A stretch of 61,866 bases of DNA, filler included, from Circinaria calcarea (GCA_051942165.1; 10 parts of 10 records of this genome joined end to end with filler, not necessarily neighbours in it); one strand, 5' to 3'. Shown: positions 25,126-37,832, counted from the first letter of the whole stretch. Notes: a model not told the origin generated them from the letters alone. Numbers and translations: made by a program.

Positions 25126-28100
25126 TCACGTTTCCGCCCATTGCATCGTCGAATTCAGCCCTTGCCTTGCCGTCCTAGCCACGGCGATGTGCCAAGGCAG
25201 TAGGTTCAAGCCAGTCGTGGCACCTCTTGCTTTCGCCAAGATGCCCAGCGCTCTATACATGCAGAGAATCTTCTTCAAAAGTGAATCATTCATCGTTTCT
25301 GCATAAACGATCGAGACCCCCATTATCATTACTCCGTCGTCATCCACGGGACCGGCACGTTTTATCAGAAACCCACTAGCAAGAGCTGCCGGTGCACCTT
25401 CCCTTTCGTATGAGCGGGTTGCAACCGCCCCCCACGTCTCATCCGTCTTGTCTATCAATCGCGCTTTTGGGTCGGTATCTGGCCCGTCAGAAGTCCTGGG
25501 ATGGTGGGCCCAACCACTGTTCGTGATCGGGCTACTTAAATCAAGAGCATGAATGGATGCAAGTGGAGTAGCAGCGGGTGTAGCGTAACAATCTGATTCA
25601 TCTAGCGGTGAAATATTTCTCCCCTTACCTCCCACACAGTAAAGCGATGGCGACGGATCGACGGTGACGAGCACGATGCGTACAGGGTTTGGCTCTGTTT
25701 GGGCTGCTAAGGCCGCCCATGCTATCGATGTCAGTGGGTCCTTCGGAGTGTGGTCGTGTTACCTACTATCAATCTCAACTTGAGCCATGAGACTATCTTT
25801 CACAATGAAAAGTTGATGTGCTGTCCAGTTTGTGTTTAGCAACTCCAGTGTTGTGTCCCAGACTTCCTTTGCTACAGCCCGGAATGTCGGCCATTTTGCT
25901 GGTATCATGCCAAGGCAATATGATACGCTGCAGTGTTTACTGCCGCAAGTGTTTGTAAGGGCCATCGAGAGCCATTGCCCGTCAGAGCTCCATGAGTATG
26001 CTAAATGATAAGCGGCATCCTCCCTAATTAGTGCTGCGGAAGGGTCAGAAGTCAGACTAAAGCTTATCGTTTTGGGGATACATTCAGCGAGCTGAAACAA
26101 AGAGTGAGAATTTATTGGCGAGCTCGGATCTCGAGGGGATTGATGCGGAGACTGGTTATATACTTCCATAGCTAGTCGGGCATACAATTGCGGTGGCGGT
26201 AATGCGATGGTGGTCCTAGATGCCAGTAGTGAGATGGGGAGGATCTTAAGCACGAGGTCGGTGCTATAAGAACAGGATCCGGATCCGTAACCATTCGCTT
26301 CCAGGATCTTAGAAAACGAGGAACAGAGATGCGGTAGGGCTTTGAGCTCATCAAAGGGGTTGACCATGTAGATTATTGTTGGTTGGTCAGCGTCTAACTC
26401 GCACCGCAGAAGTTCACCTATAGATAACATTAGTACCTAGACTAAAGTAAGTACGCAAGGGTAAGCCTAGCAGAATCGTTTACCTAGTCTTTCACATATT
26501 TTTTGCAACGATCCTGCCGTTCCTTCGATTGTTGATCCATCAAGACGCACGGGAACAAAGCCATCCGCGAAGTCCGTGAGGCTACGGCGGGTATGATTCC
26601 CCAACCTCATACTTTGATAAGTACTGCCGATAGTCTCTAAGAAAGCTCCCACACTCCGCTGCATCATCTGGCTCTCTGGGTAAATGCACATTGCTCTGAT
26701 ATCTTTAACGCCTGCACTTGGTTCCAGGCCCAGCTGTTCCCAGAATGGAAGAGCCGTAGGAGAAATCTCCATCAAGATATTGCCGCGCTGAACCAGGATG
26801 TTGAGAGGTGGTATTAGGAATACATCTTGAGTGCTCGTTTCCGGGTCCTGACTGCCTTTAATCACATCATGTTTTCTGTGAATGGGTTTCGTAGCTGGTC
26901 TTGAGACTTGAGCTAGACCTAAAGGACATTCATCGATAGACAGATAGGCTTGAAGATTGCACTGCTCGCTACGAGGAAAGAGCCGAGGGAGGATGCGGTG
27001 CAATGGATCTTCGGTAAACTTGACTAGACCCTCTATTGATTTCTCCAGGGGGGCACATTGGAGCTCCGGCAAGCCGGTCAACTGTCCAGCTACAATCTGT
27101 GCGAGCTGAATGAACGATTGGTCATTTCCCGAGTATAGTTTGGTAACTTGTCTTGAAGGGGTCAAATGGTCAATATAATGCAGTGAGAGCTGATGGTCGT
27201 TGTCAATGCTAGAGAGTAATGAGTTCAACGAGGGAAATTGCTCCACATCGGAGGGTTGGTCCTGCTGCGTTTGAATGTCCGAAGTAATGCAGGTAGTGTT
27301 ATCGCTCTCTATTGATTCACGTTTCCTCTTCCGATAGGTGTTATTAGAATCATTATTCACGTGTTGCATGATGTCCTTGACTGATTGCTCGTCGTCTTCT
27401 CCAAGTAACAAGTACAATGGCATTTCGTCTGACGGATCTATTCGAATATTAACGACTAAGCAGTCATTGATGTCGGACGGCACGAACCTTCGCCTTCTTC
27501 CGTGTCAGATGGATCTTCGTCTCCAGCCACAAACCCGAGCCTCGGGATTCCCATCTCATTGCTAGAACGCTTCTTTGGTTCGCAACCATTTAACTGGCTA
27601 GGCATCGCAGTATCAAACCGGCCTTGAGCGCTGTACTTCTTATCAAACGCGGGCTTAAGCTCCGTGAATGGTATGCCTCTGTAGCTGGTGTCTCTCCATC
27701 CGACCTGATATTGATCGGCCCTGGTTATATCTATTCCTGAGCTCGAATCCCTTTTCTCGCCTTTAACGCTTTGTTCCTCGGTCTCTGCCCGCTTGCGTAA
27801 GCTCTTAGAGCTCTGTAGAGAGCTTGAAGTTGTGTGGTCAAGTGATGTCTCGATGGTAACTGTTGTAACTAAAACATAACGTTAGACCTTCAGAGCACAT
27901 AGTCGGTTTAGCCAAGGAGAGACATGTACCTGTTGCCTTGTTTGCTGTTCCATTATGGGAACTAGCTCTAACAGCCAATACTTCCTTCGTAGATATCTCC
28001 CGTTTTTCGTTCGATGGCTGCTTTGATTTTGGATTACTGGAAGCATACGTGGCATAGCTCGATGAGTCTTCATTAACAAGAACGGCATCAGGGATGGCTT

Positions 28101-29951
28101 CGTACGCATGCGCAGGCTCGTCGAAGAAGTTGAAATCAGCTTCTGTGATGCCGTTTGCCGTGAACATGTCGGAATTCATGTCGCCGAATAAATCATCTCC
28201 TTCCAATTGATCATATTCTCCAAGACCCATATCAGCATCTGGAGAAGTATATGGCAGTTCGTTATGATCTCGTCTTTCTTGCTGTCTCTCCTCCAAATGG
28301 TCAACAGGAATCCTGCGGTCAGCGGTTTCTATAGCATCCAAGTCTTGAGCGGCTATCGCGTTGATGGCTTGAGATCGACTCGCATCAGGTGGTGTGGGAT
28401 AAATACCGCTTAGAGCGTGCTGGTCGATGGATCTCCGAATACCAATAAATAGTTCGGATAGAGAATCATCGCCATCCGAGGACGGGCTATTTGCTCTTGT
28501 TCTTGTTTCAAGATCAGTTTGACACTTTCGGGCCTCTAGTAACTCCTTACGACTATTCCTCCCAAGAAACCATGACTCCGCATCAGCTAATGGATCCACT
28601 ACGTTGAACCCGGATCGCTCCCAAGCCCACGAGTAATCACAAATGTCAGAGATAGGGCCTAGTGCTCGATAAAAACATAAATGAGAAGGCCACAGAATAG
28701 TTTGTGTCAAACTATCAAGTGGATTCGGCCTTTGGTTGTCTGGAATACTACCGGAAGTTAGCACCCAAGTCCACTGGGTATGACGGGTTATCTCGAGACC
28801 ATAGCAGTCCAGTAAAGCAGCAACCGAGCACTTCCAACTTTTCCGCTCCAAGTAGATTATATCTTCGGTCTTCTCCGAATCTCCATTACCGCTGGAGGAG
28901 CCCTTCTCATTATAAACTGAAGAGAGAGTAGGTGTTGTAGATTCACAAGCTTTGTATAGAGCACAGATCCCGAGTGGTGCAAGTACGAGTATTTTTACTC
29001 CCGTAGTGTCAAGATCTTGGTACATGCTTGAGTGTGGATTGGCTACATTGAACCATGAAATACCTAGCTCTGGGAAACTAGATATAACCAATGTTCCAGA
29101 AGAAAGCCAATTTACGTTCAAGGAAACGGCATTAAGGGGTTTAACAGCTTGGGTGTTGCAGTTCGTTTCGCAGACTTCGTAATCCCCGGAAGTAGGGCCT
29201 GGTTTCAAAAACCGACAGGGTCCGAACGGTACGCATTCACTGTTACTAGCTAAGGCATAGCAAATAGACATTGAGATCGCGGATATGATTTTGTGGTAGA
29301 TAGCGGCGTTGTCTTGTGAAAAGGTCGGTGTCCCAGCTGGGCTTCCACGAGGAGCCTGGCTCGCAGAAAGTGGTAGAGTCATCTCGAGGAATGCATTTGC
29401 CTGGAAGGTTTGCAGATTGGTGCCTTCGAACTTCTTAGATGAAGTCTTTCCCTTTCCGCCTAGCTCCATTGCATCGTGGACAGGTTGATCTGCCAAATCC
29501 GAGGCTCGAAGGGAGCCAAATGTTAACTCTAAATCACAGCGGTCAGAAGTGATCATTCCATTGAACTTCAAGCTTACTTTTACATCCGTAGTTTCCTAAG
29601 AGCAGGGCAGGCTCTTTTCTCTCCTCACCCCTTGTTTCTTGTTTAACACTTGGTCCGGAAAGATCGAAGACCCAAAGCGTTTTCGTACGCCTGTCAAGAG
29701 ACACATGACATCCCTCCTTTCGAAGTTCCGCTTCCGCACATTGCAGGAAGTCTAGTTGGCGCTCGAACTTTGCATTTTCTGGAGTTAACCCATCTCTGCC
29801 TGCAGCCTCATGCGAATCCTCCTCCAAGACATATACCGTCCACTGGACAAACAGGACTCCATCCTGCTTCGAAGTCAGCCATAGAAACGTAAGCTGATGC
29901 CCAACCTACAATTTTATGCACATTGGTCGGAGCATTTGTTGGAAATTCCAT
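25126..29951 (-). CDS. SSN2: Mediator kinase-module subunit Med13 (Srb9/Ssn2), multi-exon
   Basis: MEFPTNAPTN start; WPSHLCF, DPLADAESWF, GIYPTPPD, ITEADFNFFDEP, ALPFWEQLGLEP, HLAYSWS, PLASGFLIK-like and C-terminal LPWHIA motifs. Confidence 0.92.
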
Positions 29952-30430
29952 CTTCAGCCCGAGAGCAATCTTATAAACCAGCGCAATTTGACAAGTCGTC
30001 GGAGAGTCCTCCCCATCTCACGGTTCAGACTATGGTCATATGCAGAGCTCATTGTTCCAGCCAAGACACTGCCCTACTGTCAAAAGGAAGATGACATTGA
30101 GAACTTATTACGTAAAGCAATCTGATACTCGCAATTGCTAGATGTAGTCAGACTAGATAGAGAAGAGCTACTGTGACTTTGCGCGGGTAGTGAGAGTGGT
30201 GCGTAACATCACTCTCCATGTAGAAATAGATGATCTCGAAGTCGTGGTAGAGGAGAGAAAGATTCGCTCACAATACCAACACAACACAGCAAGCTAGTTC
30301 ACGCCTTGTTATCTTAGCCTTCGATCATCCGATAAGATAATCTAATTCGACGGCAACGTCGACTTTTTTTGGTGTAACGCCAAAGTCCGAGAATTGACTG
30401 CATAGTTCTACTGTATTGCGTACCACAGAG

Positions 30431-30930
30431 ATGAAGCTGTCGAACCACTCCACGGTACCGGTGTATACAATCTCAGGGTCCTCTACCGCGCGACCATTGC
30501 CAGAATGGCTTGCAAGGAAGCGAAAACGCAGCTTGAAGAATGATCCTGAATATGCCAGCCGCATTGAACTCCTCCAAGATTTTGAATTTGAGGAAGCCAG
30601 TCAATGTGTTCGCGTGAGTGATGATGGGCAATGGGTCATGAGTACAGGTGTGTGAGTCTTCATTTCAAAATACTTGATCTATGTCTTAACGAAGCTGACT
30701 ACTCAGGCACCTACAAGCCCCAGATCCACACCCATTACTTGCCTCATCTCTCTCTCTCCTTTGCCCGACATACCATATCTCTCAATACAACATTTCTCCT
30801 CCTTTCCGCCGACTACTCGAAATCGTTGCACCTCCAAGCCGACCGATCCATTGAGTTTCATACTCCCCAAGGTTGCCACTACACTACTCGTATTCCACGC
30901 TATGGAAGGGATCTCAAATATGACAGGCGA
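30431..30930 (+). CDS. ENP2: Ribosome biogenesis factor Enp2/NOL10, 5' part
   Basis: MKLSNHSTVPVYTISG, LPEWLARKRKRSLK, IELLQDFEFEEASQ and GTYKPQIH. Confidence 0.95.
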
Positions 30931-31030
30931 NNNNNNNNNNNNNNNNNNNNNNNNNNNNNNNNNNNNNNNNNNNNTTAATTAATTAANNNNNNNNNNNNNN
31001 NNNNNNNNNNNNNNNNNNNNNNNNNNNNNN

Positions 31031-31330
31031 TACTTATAATATTTATAGAGATAAATAAAGTAAATAGGGTGAGCAGGGTATTATATATAATAAGCTATTT
31101 CTGTTCTTTAGAATAGCATGTTTATAGACCGTGTTTAATAGATTCTATATTATTAAGCCTAGGGCAATAGTTTAATTATACCCTATATAACCGTGTTATT
31201 ACCAATCGAGAGTTAATATATTCCTCATTAGGCCTCAAGGATTGCAGCGCCCTTACATTAATATAATTCCTCTTATCAGTCTCGCCGCAATAGCCGTAAA
31301 TATAATCAGGAAAACTATTAGTCCAAGTTT
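31031..31330. mobile_element. RIP-like AT-rich repeat remnant
   Basis: TpA-rich, low GC, at the contig edge. Confidence 0.55.
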
Positions 31331-31685
31331 ATTTCCTTTTAAGATATTATCCCCCAACCCAAATTCCGACGTCCGTTTCTTGTGTAAATAAAGGGCGCAG
31401 GCCCTAAAAACTATATGCAATCGTATCAGAAAGTATCATAGGCTTAGTAGGGCTATTTCTCTATCTGCTTAGGATAGTAAGAGACCCCATGAGCCTCGAA
31501 TAATATGTGGCACCCTTCCGCAAGCCTTGAAAAGTGTATAGTAATGGAAAAGAGAGCATAAATAGAAGGAAAAGTCCAGGAACGATATGCACGACGGATT
31601 TATTAAGGAATACCATAGGTATAAGTGTCACAAGAACATCCCAGTAAAGCGTAATGTAAATAAGTATAGTTCGTTTCTTTAATGA

Positions 31686-34194
31686 CTAAGGTGCAGTCGG
31701 CCAGTCTTTCTCGATATCCTTTTCCTTATATTTATTCAGGGTTTCTTCTGTATCTAGTGTTTGATAGACCTCGCGCGTGATCATCGTCGGAACGGATTTT
31801 CGCTTTATTTGGTACGACCCTCTGAGAGGGGAAGGCTGGACGTTGACATGAAAGACATGCGAATCATTCAGGAGGGCCGCTTGGTTGACAGGAGCGGCTC
31901 GGGCCATTTTGTCACACAAGAGACCCGGATCTATTTGCACTCGGGATAACACTTTACGGAAGCTGAAGCTCCTATAGGCAGACTGAATCACACTGAGCGT
32001 ATTCGCATAATTGACCGACGGCGATATATCTTTCGCTGGTTGCAGCACGAGATTATCGAAATTCCAAGAAAGCCAGGGCCAGGGCCACTACAAGACCGGC
32101 CAAGCTTTGATTTCAACTTCAAAGGATGCGGCATCCACAACAAGAGCTGACTTTGTCCTGTGTGTTGTTGCTGTTCTCGAAGTCGTTTCTTGCTTCCGAG
32201 TTGTTTCTGTCTTCCTCTGCTTCGATTATCGGCTGATCACTGCGTCCCAATGAGCAGAGGCTGTCGACTCGAGGAACTGCAGCGGGGCCGCTGCTGTCTT
32301 CTGAATGAGCTGTTTCCCTATGGCTGTCCACATCTTCTCGCTGTTCCTCTAGACTTTCACTCCCCATAAACTCAGTAATATCCCCCGAACCGCCTAGGCT
32401 AATTGAGCCAGCGTCATTGCTCGGTGTTTGTACTCTGCTGTCGCTCAGAGACCCGGCTCCTTGCCCGCTGTTTGCATCCTCCTCGTCATCTACTGCAATG
32501 TTCCAGATGTCTTCCATCCGCCCAGTAAAAGTGTTTGGAAGAAAGGGCCCGTTGATTTTCTCCATAGCAGAAACAAGCTCTGGCATTCTCATTCCAGCAT
32601 CTGCCAACCAGTCGTTGTACGACATGTGCAATAGTTTTTGCCGATCCAGTTCAGCGTATTCGTCGATTCATGTGCGTGCAGCAATCTCAGCAAGAGGATC
32701 GTCGGCAATGACGAGATCAGATTGGGGGTAGAGTCCGCCATGGATGGTTCGCAGTCTCGTCCCAAGCCCCGTCTCGTCATCGGGTATCTCCTCCATGTGC
32801 CCTGTCTTCCAGTTCGCTTTGAACTGCTTTTCAGGCGTCCTGACGTCGCACAAGCGCGTACAGGATGAGAAATTGACTCGGTTCGGATGGCTATTTTTGC
32901 AAATTTTTCTCAATTCCAGACCGGCTTCTATCATGACTCGATCAATGCGGCTCTGGAAAATGACTTCTCTGTTTTTAAGAGGAGCTCCAGTGAGAGGATT
33001 TTTTGCCGTGTTGTCCTGCTTGTTGTAGCCTAGCCCGAGGCCGGTATGGGTGATTTCGAAGATGAAGGTGAATTCGGGAGCTTCGTAAAACGACAGTAGT
33101 TGATCCAAGAGTGTATCATAATAACCCTCAAAGGGCAAATATTCACGTAGCTCGAGAGAAGCATGTTCCGGATCAAACCCCCAATCTTTATGTTCCGAAT
33201 CAAACCCCCAATTTTTCAGCACGAGAGCAATTATTGGATCTGGATAAAATACCATCATCACAAGGGTGGGGTTTCCAGGGATGATTGCATATGGAGATAT
33301 TGGCCCAAAGAAATCGGTGTTCCGGCCAGGTCCAAATTCGGATGCCAATATAGCCTCCTTGAGTTTATTGTAGGAGGAATAGTAGGTATTGTAGCCCTTC
33401 AGGAGTAAGCGCATTCCATCTACAAAACCTTCTTCTGTATTAAAACGTGATAACCCCTCGGCAAAGTCGTCGCGCCTGAGGTCCAATTGTATCCAAACAT
33501 TTTTTCGATCATCCACCAACCAAAGATGAACCACATCCTTGAGGTCAGCTATTCTCTGATTAGTTTCCACGTAAGAGGTTGCGAAAGTATCCTGATCCTG
33601 GTCCCAGCGTCTCGTCGCATGATATGTCTCTCGAAGTCGACCGGGTGTTTGCTGCGACCATCTGCCAGACTTGCCCGTAGTACGACGTAAAACCTGGTCG
33701 TGCGCAAAGGCAAAGCCCGCGGAAATCTCTTCTTTCTTGTACAGGATTCCGTCTATCTCATACAAGAGAAGACCTTGCCTCATACCGTTTTCTAAGGCGA
33801 GCAATGAGTTCTCGTGGATTCCCTTGGCATGATCATAAAACCCGCGATGGCAGAAGACGTAGCCAAACTTGTTGAGATCGGTATGCGGCTCGATGGATTC
33901 ACGGGTTGGCTCAGGTAGTTTGGATTTTTCTCCCTTAGTCTTTGTTCTTAGGCCCATCCTATACTCCTGTGTTTTGAGCACCTTCCATAGATCGCCCTGG
34001 CAATATTTTTGCTTCTGCTTGTCCCAGGTAAATCTGTGCGGGTCTTTTGGGTCTCTCGGGAGGTCAGGATGGGCTCGTTCATTTAGAAATCCGCCTTGAA
34101 AGGCCTTTTCGACGGCAGCATCTGTTACCATAACGTCTTCACTGACTTTGCTCATATGAAGGATATCCATGGCATTTGCAGGACCAAGTATCAT
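31686..34194 (-). CDS. GDPD/PLC-like phosphodiesterase domain protein with one in-frame TGA at 32670-32668 (possible pseudogene)
   Basis: CHRGFY...HENSLLAL...YEIDG...AHDQVLRRTTG fit GDPD motifs. ORF 32119-32631 continues in the same frame after the TGA, and a GTCAGC...TAG intron joins it to ORF 31686-32048. Confidence 0.7.
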
Positions 34195-34667
34195 AACACA
34201 GATCCGACTTCGGACACTGAAACAATCAAGAATGGTAGTCTAGCTGATCGTCAATCAAACTTTCACTGTTGTCGAGGCTCTGAGGTGAGTAGTCTCGCAT
34301 CGACTTGTCTGGTACTGAGACCGATGTTGGTTGCGTGAAAAATGAGCTGAAAGCTAGGTAGCATCACTCAATGAAGCTGGCAGTGTAGAGTGGAGCGTTA
34401 CATATGTACAGTAGATGCCAGCTGGCCTTCTCAGCTCTGCTGAATAATGGGGCTGTGCGCTGCGCCACAAGAGAAAACTTCAATTCTCTGTATCCTATCC
34501 AATTTTGGGGGCAGTGCAACAGCACGAGTTCACGAAACCGGTGAGTACCCGGTTGTCGTAGTCCGAGATGGATCTCGCACTGCAGGTGACTACAATATCC
34601 TTCTGCCTTCCTCTTCTCTTCGAATTGTGCCACTCCATCTCTCCGCATCAACAGTATACGTCTAGCC

Positions 34668-36557
34668 ATGGAGCTGTTAGCCTCTTATGAATATGATGTG
34701 ATCCAGCCCGATCAAATTCGTCTCTGTCGCTTTGTCAAAGAAGACGACTCCATCTCCGCAGTGCTGAAGACTTTCTCGGCCGACACGCCATTTCCTGATT
34801 ACACTGCTTTGTCTTATACGTGGAGCTTTGTTGACGGACGTCCGACCAAGAATTATTCCATCCAAATTGGAGAACAACGTCTGCCAATACTCGACTCTCT
34901 GCAACCTTTTTTTCGAGTTCTGAGATCGAAGCACACATTGCTCGATGACACATGGTGGTGGATCGACTCCATATGCATCGACCAAAGAAATGGTCTCGAG
35001 AGAGCCTCACATGTGCGGCGTATGAAGGAGATATTCGAAGGTGCACATAAGGTGATCGCCTGGCTGGGCGAGCAATCGGACGACAGCGACTGTGCTGTAG
35101 ACTTTATTCAACTTCTTCACGACATGAGCGGTCCCAATCACAACGACAAAGACCGGCGTGCCATCCTGCAAAAGGATCAGTGTCAGCCGCAGTGGATTGC
35201 GTTCAGAAACTTCTTCCTTCGAAAATGGTGGACTAGAATATGGACGATTCAAGAATTCGTAACGCCATCGGATGTCTCGCTCTGGTGTGGCATGCGGAGC
35301 ATTAGCAGAACCGCCGTATGTGACGCTCTGTGGGTCGCAGACAGAAGTAATTCTACCGGATTTAAGGACACCATTGCTTTCCACCACGCATGGAACCGAA
35401 GAAGAGCGTGGCTACTATTCAGTACTTTCAACAAGCCGGGAAGAAACTTCAGTCTATCTCTCCTATCTTTGGCGACATATTTTTGCAGCAACGAGGCCAC
35501 AGATAACCGAGATCGGCTATATGGTCTGCATGCGATATCTACGAAGAGTCATGATTTGGAAATCAATTACTCTTTGAGCGTCGACGAGGTCTACCTCAGA
35601 TTTGCACAATCTTTCATCAAGCACCACAATTCCTTAGATATCATAAGCTTTGCTTCCTTGTTCCGCGCTTCGCCTGGGTCTTCCTTACCATCTTGGGTCC
35701 CAGACTGGCGTCACAGGCTTGAGCCTTTCGTCGTTCCCCTGATGGTTAGTCAAAGCTCAAAGACCCATGTAGGAAATCTGCGACCACCAATGACCTTTGA
35801 GTATGCCGACAAAACAGTGCGCTACTCGGCATCCATGTCCAGAAAAGCTGCATACACATTCGAGCGCTCGGCACTTCTCGCTCGTGGATCAATTATCGAT
35901 GCAGTCGACGGCTTAGCTGGAACTCAGAACTTCGACTTTGTTCAAAGCTCACCAAAGCCACTGTCTACACAGAACACTGATTTGACACGCTCATCCGTGG
36001 AGATTCTCACAGCTGTATGCAGAAGTTTGGCCCTCGATAGTAAAGATCGGTATTTGCGATATGCCATGCCTGTGAAGGAATTCTATCGCGACTTTTATCA
36101 TTTGTGTCTGCTTGCATTAGCGGATTCACCGCACTCTGACTCCAAGGAATTCCATCAATGGTTCGGGCGTGTACGATCGCTTCGAGTTCACGGGACAAGT
36201 TTTGAGAACATTTTACGTGATGCCCATCAAAGCGGTATCGATTCAGCCGTCACTTACACTCCGGAGCAAGACGAATACGTCCAAGACAGCTTCTATGGCC
36301 GATTCGTCGATACTGTTGAAAGAATGTCGCTGCGTCTGATGACAAGTTCTACTGCCCGCCTTGGGATGGCCCCAGAGGGAGCGATGAAGGGAGATCTGGT
36401 TTGCATCCTTTTTGGATGCTCTGTTCCCGTTTTGCTGCGGAGTACTCAGGATGAGGACCGGCTCACCCTCGTTGGAGAATGCTTTCTTGACGGATGTATG
36501 ACAGGTGAGGCTATGGGCCAGAGCGAATTTATGGAGAGAACGTTTCGCATTATATGA
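34668..36557 (+). CDS. Heterokaryon incompatibility (HET) domain protein, HET-6-like
   Basis: IRL, YTALSYTW, WWIDSICIDQ, MKEIF, VIAWLG, WWTRIWTIQE, ATDNRDRLYGL, LPSWVPDW and GDLVCILFGCSVPVLLR...LVGECF. Confidence 0.95.
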   Translation: MELLASYEYDVIQPDQIRLCRFVKEDDSISAVLKTFSADTPFPDYTALSYTWSFVDGRPTKNYSIQIGEQRLPILDSLQPFFRVLRSKHTLLDDTWWWIDSICIDQRNGLERASHVRRMKEIFEGAHKVIAWLGEQSDDSDCAVDFIQLLHDMSGPNHNDKDRRAILQKDQCQPQWIAFRNFFLRKWWTRIWTIQEFVTPSDVSLWCGMRSISRTAVCDALWVADRSNSTGFKDTIAFHHAWNRRRAWLLFSTFNKPGRNFSLSLLSLATYFCSNEATDNRDRLYGLHAISTKSHDLEINYSLSVDEVYLRFAQSFIKHHNSLDIISFASLFRASPGSSLPSWVPDWRHRLEPFVVPLMVSQSSKTHVGNLRPPMTFEYADKTVRYSASMSRKAAYTFERSALLARGSIIDAVDGLAGTQNFDFVQSSPKPLSTQNTDLTRSSVEILTAVCRSLALDSKDRYLRYAMPVKEFYRDFYHLCLLALADSPHSDSKEFHQWFGRVRSLRVHGTSFENILRDAHQSGIDSAVTYTPEQDEYVQDSFYGRFVDTVERMSLRLMTSSTARLGMAPEGAMKGDLVCILFGCSVPVLLRSTQDEDRLTLVGECFLDGCMTGEAMGQSEFMERTFRII

Positions 36558-37223
36558 CGAAATGATTACCTTTGTTTGAATATGCTCCAAATGTTAATGC
36601 AAATTGCTTTCGTTCAACTCGGGCCTGTAGGATCTCCAGGGCTGCGCGAGCTTGCTCTACAGAGCCGCCCTGGTAACAGCCTCTAACCCATTGGTTCCAA
36701 TCTTGATCAATTCGCAAATAATGTTGTCAATACTCTCCAATCTTGTTTTCCCACGCCCTTCAGACCTCTCTTTTTCCGTTGCACGATGCGGTGTCGCGAC
36801 TTTCTTCGCGTTCTGGGCACGCGTCTCTGTCCGTAGAAGCTTCTAGCTAAATAGGGCCCTTGGCGCTCATTGGGGCTGTTTGCATTGTTTGCACTGTTTG
36901 TATTCGTCCTGCTGCTGTTAGTAATAAAAACATTACAAACAGCGAGAACTCAATTTTTGGAGGCACACTGCAGTTGTCATCTAAAACCGCCTGCCAATGA
37001 CCGCAACGGCCTCTACAGACTGCCCTGCACCCTCGGCGTGGAATTGGCACCTCGCGGTCACGGCCAGGAGAGACCACGAATGCTCGGAACATTAAAATCC
37101 CGACCATTCGAAGCCTGAGGCACNNNNNNNNNNNNNNNNNNNNNNNNNNNNNNNNNNNNNNNNNNNNTTAATTAATTAANNNNNNNNNNNNNNNNNNNNN
37201 NNNNNNNNNNNNNNNNNNNNNNN

Positions 37224-37458
37224 GGGAGAAGGAGAAAGGAAGTTGGGGGAGGAGAGTTACAAGTTTTGGGAGACGAAGAGGCCGCCGAAGAGGTAGACTA
37301 GGAGGCTTGCTGTTGAGAAAGGTTAGCTGGTATTGGTTTGGGTACTGGGGCCCGGGGGATGGGGAGGGCTTACAGATTCGAAATCCCAGGAAGCAGAGGA
37401 GTGTGACTGGATGCGAGCTCAGTCGCCAGCTGAGATCACCTTGTCGTGACTGATCCAT
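37224..37458 (-). CDS. TVP23: Golgi membrane protein Tvp23, 5' part
   Basis: [20 protein letters not shown], then after an intron [11 protein letters not shown]. Confidence 0.85.
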
Positions 37459-37654
37459 TGTTTTTTTTCGAGATCGGTTGTGTACAGTAAGGTGAATGAA
37501 TGAATAAATACCCTTGACTCTCGGTGCTGCACTCGTAAAGGCTGGCGGGCGTTACGTGGAGCTTGGAAGCTATAATACAGAAGACCCTAGTCTTTCACTT
37601 CGCTGGGCTCGCTTAAATTGGCCAATCAGATCACCCACCCACGCCAATTTAACA

Positions 37655-37832
37655 GCTACCAGCATCGCCAACAGCCAGAGAGAGCTGTCCTTCGTGATCA
37701 ATAACTACCAGCATCCAGAGAGAAAGGAAGCTGTCCTTACCAATACTCGGTGGTCAATTACTACCAGCATCCAGAGAGAAGCTGTCCTTACCAATACTCG
37801 GTGGTCAATTACTACCAGCATCCAGAGAGAAA
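37655..37832. repeat. 51-bp minisatellite (about 3.5 copies) between TVP23 and CDC26
   Basis: Unit actaccagcatccagagagaagctgtccttaccaatactcggtggtcaatt; two near-identical copies plus degenerate ones. Confidence 0.9.

Noticed and set aside
32668..32670. Selenocysteine or a genome-wide TGA reassignment
   Set aside because: The position looks like Trp rather than Cys, Dikarya lack the Sec machinery, and several conserved genes here end in TGA.
37655..37832. CRISPR-like array
   Set aside because: The units are contiguous tandem copies without unique spacers; the DNA is eukaryotic and there are no cas genes.
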